IMG/VR virus record: IMGVR_UViG_2565956710_000004
Length of the DNA stretch: 41,214 nt
From: a virus
Taxonomy: Duplodnaviria; Heunggongvirae; Uroviricota; Caudoviricetes
Reading direction: 5' to 3' (one strand)
The position numbers and the translations under genes are program-made. Under the pieces are notes generated by a model. The model did no database searches. It was given only the letters and a program-made list of their open reading frames with translations, and had not been told where the DNA came from. Positions within the stretch are counted from its first letter, which is position 1. The number at the start of each line of letters is the position of its first letter. Shown in pieces: positions 40,634 through 41,214 of the stretch.

Positions 40634-40908
40634 AAGATTTAACTTTGAAGTTTCATGACAAACTGCAGTTTAAGGCCTTCCTGTCATCTCTTGGCTGGGC
40701 GGAAGATGAAGACCTCCAGAATAAACTGTTAGTTGATGAAATTGGTTTCACCTACACAGAAACAGGGGTAACAGAAGAGGGAGAACCTGTCTGTATCCGG
40801 AATGATGGTTATTTTGTCAACATTCGCATTCTTGATGACTTGTTTGATGTTTCTGTATTCTCTGATTATGTCGTGGAGCTGGAAACACCGCTTCGGGAAT
40901 GGAGCTGA
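40630..40908 (+). CDS. Hypothetical protein translationally coupled to stf (possible tail-fibre accessory/assembly factor)
   Basis: ATG 40630 overlaps the stf stop (ATGA); 92 aa, acidic. Occupies the tfa slot but is shorter than and unlike lambda Tfa. Confidence 0.4.
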   Translation: MKDLTLKFHDKLQFKAFLSSLGWAEDEDLQNKLLVDEIGFTYTETGVTEEGEPVCIRNDGYFVNIRILDDLFDVSVFSDYVVELETPLREWS

Positions 40909-40920
40909 AAGGAGGAAATA

Positions 40921-41214
40921 ATGGATATAAGCCCCTTACTTCATGCACTTTGTGCTGTGGCTGCGCAGATACTGGTTGGTCTTTTTACCGGAAACTGGGC
41001 TTACGGAGCGATAGCCGGTTGTACGTTCTTCATTGCGCGTGAACATACCCAGGCAGAATATCGCTGGATTGAAATGTTCGGGCATGGCAAGCGAATGAAT
41101 ATGCCGTGGTGGGGCGGTTTTGATCCGCGAGCTTGGGATGTGGCAAGCCTGATGGATTTTGCTGTGCCGGTGGTGGCGTGTCTGCTGGTCTGGCTGTTGG
41201 TTAATCGTGGGTGA
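40921..41214 (+). CDS. Hypothetical small membrane protein (2 predicted TM segments)
   Basis: Strong SD AAAGGAGG 5-12 nt upstream of ATG 40921; 97 aa with hydrophobic segments at both ends (LLHALCAVAAQILVGLFTG..., ...FAVPVVACLLVWLLV); in the b-region downstream of tail fibres. Confidence 0.4.
   Translation: MDISPLLHALCAVAAQILVGLFTGNWAYGAIAGCTFFIAREHTQAEYRWIEMFGHGKRMNMPWWGGFDPRAWDVASLMDFAVPVVACLLVWLLVNRG

Overview
The window is essentially one near-complete lambdoid prophage (phage lambda-like, enterobacterial host), laid out in prophage order. From left to right: int/xis (minus strand, left end), early-left genes (small ORFs, exo, bet, gam), immunity region (cI on minus; cro and a YdaT/CII-like gene on plus), replication O (with embedded ori iterons) and P, nin region (ninB, ninE, ybcO-like, rusA, ylcG), Q-like antiterminator, lysis cassette (holin, R, Rz/Rz1), bor, cos, then packaging/head/tail genes Nu1-A-W-B-C/Nu3-D-E-FI-FII-Z-U-V-G/GT-H-M-L-K-I-J, lom, stf and two small genes. 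Calls marked as lambda matches rest on recalled lambda protein sequences and gene order, not on a database search. By that standard exo/bet/gam, P, R, Rz/Rz1, bor, cos and Nu1 through I look near-identical to lambda. The int/xis, immunity repressor/operators, O N-terminal domain, nin/Q region, holin and the distal parts of J and Stf differ, so the phage is a mosaic. I could not recognise N, kil, cIII, ral, sieB or rexAB. Two visibly AT-rich cargo cassettes sit in classical lambdoid accessory hotspots and are the best candidates for an undescribed defence or counter-defence system: (1) a 4-TM membrane protein plus a 316-aa protein directly downstream of cI (the rexAB position), ending in a terminator; (2) a translationally coupled calcineurin-like metallophosphoesterase (548 aa) plus HAD-family hydrolase (278 aa) between P and ninB (the ren position), with its own candidate promoter and terminator. 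attL/attR lie outside the window.
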